DNA of 57,765 nt from the IMG/VR virus record IMGVR_UViG_3300020045_003609, positions 1 through 57,765 of that record; one strand, given 5' to 3'. The translations under genes and the position numbers were made by a program. The stretch comes from a virus. Taxonomy: Duplodnaviria > Caudoviricetes. Shown here piece by piece: positions 56,101 through 57,765 of this stretch (position 1 is its first letter; each line of letters opens with the position of its first letter). The notes beneath the pieces are model-generated. The model made no database searches, was not told the origin of the DNA, and saw nothing but the letters and a program-made list of their open reading frames with translations.

Positions 56101-57068
56101 TATTAGATGGTATTAAAGTGATGAACTCACAAAGTCAATATATAGATAAAGATGGAAATATTACTACTCAAGATAAAGCTGCATCTTTAATAGATATGAT
56201 GTATATGAATCAAGATGGTGTATTAACAATAAGTGATAAAGTTATATATTCAGACTTTAATTTATCAACTCCGTTTCATGAAGGTGGTAAAACTCATATA
56301 GACCTATTAATAAAAAAGAAGACATTTGATATATTTGGTGTATATGATGTTAAATTTAAGAATGAAATGTCTAAACATTGGTTAGGTAAAATGGCAATGA
56401 TGTTTAAGAATTTCTTTATATCTGGTGCTCAGTATAGATATACTGGTTTTGGCAAAGTCAATAAAGACTCTTCAGACCTAACAGATGATGATATGTTTTA
56501 TAATTCAGCTGAAAAAGAATATATTGAAGGTACATATACTACATTAGGTAGATTTTTAATAAATACAGTTATACCAAATTTAAAAAGTTTGAAATTAATG
56601 TATATGAAAGAAAATTATGAAAATTTATCTGATTATGAAAAATCTAATCTTAAAAAAGCTACTATGGAAATAGCTTTAACTATGGTAATATTACCATCAG
56701 TTGGATATTTATTAGGAGCGTTAGCAGCCGCAGGTGATGACGATGATGATGCATTATGGTTTGCAATTTATGTTAATAGAAGACTTATTCAAGAACTTTC
56801 TCAATTTAGAAATCCTATAGAAGCTGGTAAACTAATTAATAATCCAGTTGCTGGATCTAGATTTGTTAATAATTTATTAGATTTTACATATGATATTGCT
56901 ACACCTATTAATATCGTTCCACAGAAAAATGAAAGTTTTATAGGTTATCTTGATGAAAATTCAAAAGGTGAAAATAAAATGGTAAAACATGGTAAAAAGT
57001 TAATCCCTATATGGGCACAACTTGGTAAAGATTACCAACAACTTTACGGATTGCAATTTGGCAAATAA
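53184..57068 (+). CDS. large virion cargo/ejection protein (downstream RNAP partner) with inserted ASCH-like domain
   Basis: 1294 aa helical; C-terminal hydrophobic segment + DDDDD, G.MAMMFKNF...G; single Cys at residue 3. Confidence 0.72.
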   Translation: MACPIKIKNALTEKVEELTIEGLDLTLEAANEVASTVNDMFKENVVSFTKDENSETIIRNIEIPQSLVDIFFEHQTKMEEAAKLANASSPSMEEMFEKWNNLQDENAEPLASEPKVNRRVETDSEFTTIDDSLTNFIKKALDKLEAVRKRTQAALNHEHTVDRELYLANTKALIDEIASHEYGNRWKAIIGYTSSFAKTINHVNKLLNELSNTYNLQEDDVTELVEKYSDYLKAYDMLGDIQQIASKTSLNKLDLSEEELEDFKSIQTFLDSFTTGHQTITDKFLEIKRQQAIRIFSDPKYNTEVETKHRKRLELEYKSLEDKDGMSKNEFISKMLNTRDADDFKADLKASAEKRAFDPSMDITSASGLLSDNINTNNRIMQIINNVLSEARGKVVELFMNNDKVMFNLHKALVAEKGNLKPSELYKNFFESDSNGKRWLKGRFSVKFKEELEAIKKEVRNDHDTTFKVLEVQENNLSSIKKGNKTISLRSTGSHNIAENDTTVVTVNNIKTGLKVRVNSVTTYQNFNELSDQKKDDFARAVGNYEDFADFLKSNDYADINTEKAQNYPEIYNFINGSGSMDIISYEKVGNDLTEYKKFSKANGKFNKWMKENTVRVVRNGKKVREPASKFANQPLSKAEQKLLNAFIKINRDNDINFKGQGSLVTKRMGAEYYELPSISKSDLERRIEGDIKGLLKDKWTDFTEIKSDDVGIQGRQEAVDSKGQVIRDIKVHYRGAIEADQQSLDLTTMYRKEYFNGINYASKREMKPKLTVIADVVKGSQFYKRGSFGERLKNKFAERSPEVTVSGESSEIHKRIVGLIDRTLYDTFSSYGGTLLGKDINKITSTINGYAAGIAMSFNLASGVANAANGFTQLFIESVGNDKIKKGLVSKAEAKYGRALLDGSLLKDLTNPTKSSYFNQLLEKFDVMGGLDPTDQESIRNTFIRKFGSTKMMNVLNQGGEHMMHSILTEAILDGIKVMNSQSQYIDKDGNITTQDKAASLIDMMYMNQDGVLTISDKVIYSDFNLSTPFHEGGKTHIDLLIKKKTFDIFGVYDVKFKNEMSKHWLGKMAMMFKNFFISGAQYRYTGFGKVNKDSSDLTDDDMFYNSAEKEYIEGTYTTLGRFLINTVIPNLKSLKLMYMKENYENLSDYEKSNLKKATMEIALTMVILPSVGYLLGALAAAGDDDDDALWFAIYVNRRLIQELSQFRNPIEAGKLINNPVAGSRFVNNLLDFTYDIATPINIVPQKNESFIGYLDENSKGENKMVKHGKKLIPIWAQLGKDYQQLYGLQFGK

Positions 57069-57083
57069 ATTATAGCGAAGCCC

Positions 57084-57135
57084 AAAAAAAAGCCCTAACT
57101 ATATCTCAATTAAGAGGTACGGTTAGGGCTTTTTT
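57084..57135. terminator. Bidirectional Rho-independent terminator between convergent genome arms
   Basis: A8-GCCCTAAC...GTTAGGGC-T6. Confidence 0.9.
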
Positions 57136-57146
57136 ACGTTTAATAA

Positions 57147-57362
57147 TTATTCAATATTTATGTGAAATGATTTTAATAATTTACCAGTTTCATCAATTTC
57201 TAATTCAACTTCTTCAATCATTCCATCATCATAATAATTATCAATTTCATCTTCTGATTCTAAATTTAATGATTTTAACGCTTCTTCTTTAGTGTTATTT
57301 AATTCAATTGTATTAGAACCATCTCCACAATCCCAAGCTGATAACCATAACTTTATTTTCAT
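57147..57362 (-). CDS. small acidic hypothetical protein
   Basis: 71 aa, last gene of the convergent operon. Confidence 0.75.
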   Translation of the reverse strand: MKIKLWLSAWDCGDGSNTIELNNTKEEALKSLNLESEDEIDNYYDDGMIEEVELEIDETGKLLKSFHINIE

Positions 57363-57637
57363 TATTTTTTAATTTTAGGCTTTTCAAAGTATTTCATAGC
57401 AACATAATGCATACTAATACTTCCAATTACAGCTCCTACTAAATAGGTAACCATTAAAATCCAATTATCAAAGTTTGTAACAACTTGTCTAATTACAAGT
57501 AACCAAATACCATTAGATAGCACTGAGGCTATTGTATGATATAGAATACTATTACTATTTCTTGCTCTACTTACTAAAGTAAAACTTGCATTTTGAAGGA
57601 TGGTTAATCCTAACATAATTAATATCTCGTAAATCAT
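57362..57637 (-). CDS. small three-TM membrane protein
   Basis: Three hydrophobic helices; YLVGAVIGS. Confidence 0.75.
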   Translation of the reverse strand: MIYEILIMLGLTILQNASFTLVSRARNSNSILYHTIASVLSNGIWLLVIRQVVTNFDNWILMVTYLVGAVIGSISMHYVAMKYFEKPKIKK

Positions 57638-57765
57638 TTATTGCTTTAATAGGTCAGTGATGTGAACTTCGATAGTTTCATCATTAATTGTAACTGTTCC
57701 AACTTCTGGTTTAACAGCTTCTACAGCTTCTTTAATAAAAGTAGCGTAATCTTCTTCAGTTTCAA
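57638..57765 (-). CDS. partial hypothetical protein (C-terminus ...ETEEDYATFIKEAV...ITDLLKQ)
   Basis: Open frame from the window edge to TAA adjacent to the next ATG. Confidence 0.7.
   Translation of the reverse strand, partial: ETEEDYATFIKEAVEAVKPEVGTVTINDETIEVHITDLLKQ

Larger units (their letters stand above)
1..57765. other. Crassvirales-like (crAss/phi14:2-like) phage genome segment, late/structural and virion-RNAP arm
   Basis: Gene order TerL(747aa)-portal(797aa)-acidic scaffold-MCP(504aa)-conserved structural genes-...-IHF-like-tail ring-muzzle-cargo proteins-giant RNAP with DFDID. No integrase or host housekeeping genes. Confidence 0.92.

Noticed and set aside
1-57765. Stop-codon reassignment (TAG/TGA), known in some Crassvirales
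   Set aside because: Large genes (TerL, portal, RNAP) are intact and densely packed under code 11; no suppressor tRNA seen.
1-57765. CRISPR array, tRNA genes, DGR or integrase
   Set aside because: No regularly spaced repeats, cloverleaf, reverse transcriptase, adenine-variable repeat pair or recombinase motif was recognised by eye.

Overview
This is a 57.8 kb, very AT-rich segment of a lytic podovirus-type phage genome of the Crassvirales (crAss-like / Cellulophaga phi14:2-like) type. The host is almost certainly in Bacteroidota, probably Flavobacteriia: there are seven TAnnTTTG-type promoters and the leaders lack Shine-Dalgarno sequences. It holds essentially the whole late/structural arm on the + strand. 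In order: small hypothetical and Zn-finger genes, a GroES-like gene and a full GroEL chaperonin, TerL, portal, scaffold, major capsid protein, ring/auxiliary capsid proteins, tail fibres (one with an SGNH esterase), a lysis cassette with a GH19 endolysin, a stand-alone metallophosphoesterase cassette, tail ring and muzzle proteins, and five large cargo/ejection proteins including a 2368-aa virion RNA polymerase (DFDID motif). Three free-standing GIY-YIG endonucleases are interspersed. A bidirectional terminator at ~57.1 kb separates this arm from convergent minus-strand genes. Most striking observation: by manual scan the five cargo proteins (6,897 aa) contain only four cysteines. All four sit at the facing termini of the three largest proteins (...KNCK | MSCEIKI...DPKC | MACPIKI), suggesting head-to-tail covalent chaining of ejected proteins. 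Other notable signals are an AAYGG/K[YF]xDGG repeat-delimited modular cargo protein, a promoter followed at once by a terminator ahead of the cargo operon, and a 111-bp inverted duplicate at the window start. All product calls come from motif recognition and synteny by eye, with no database searches.
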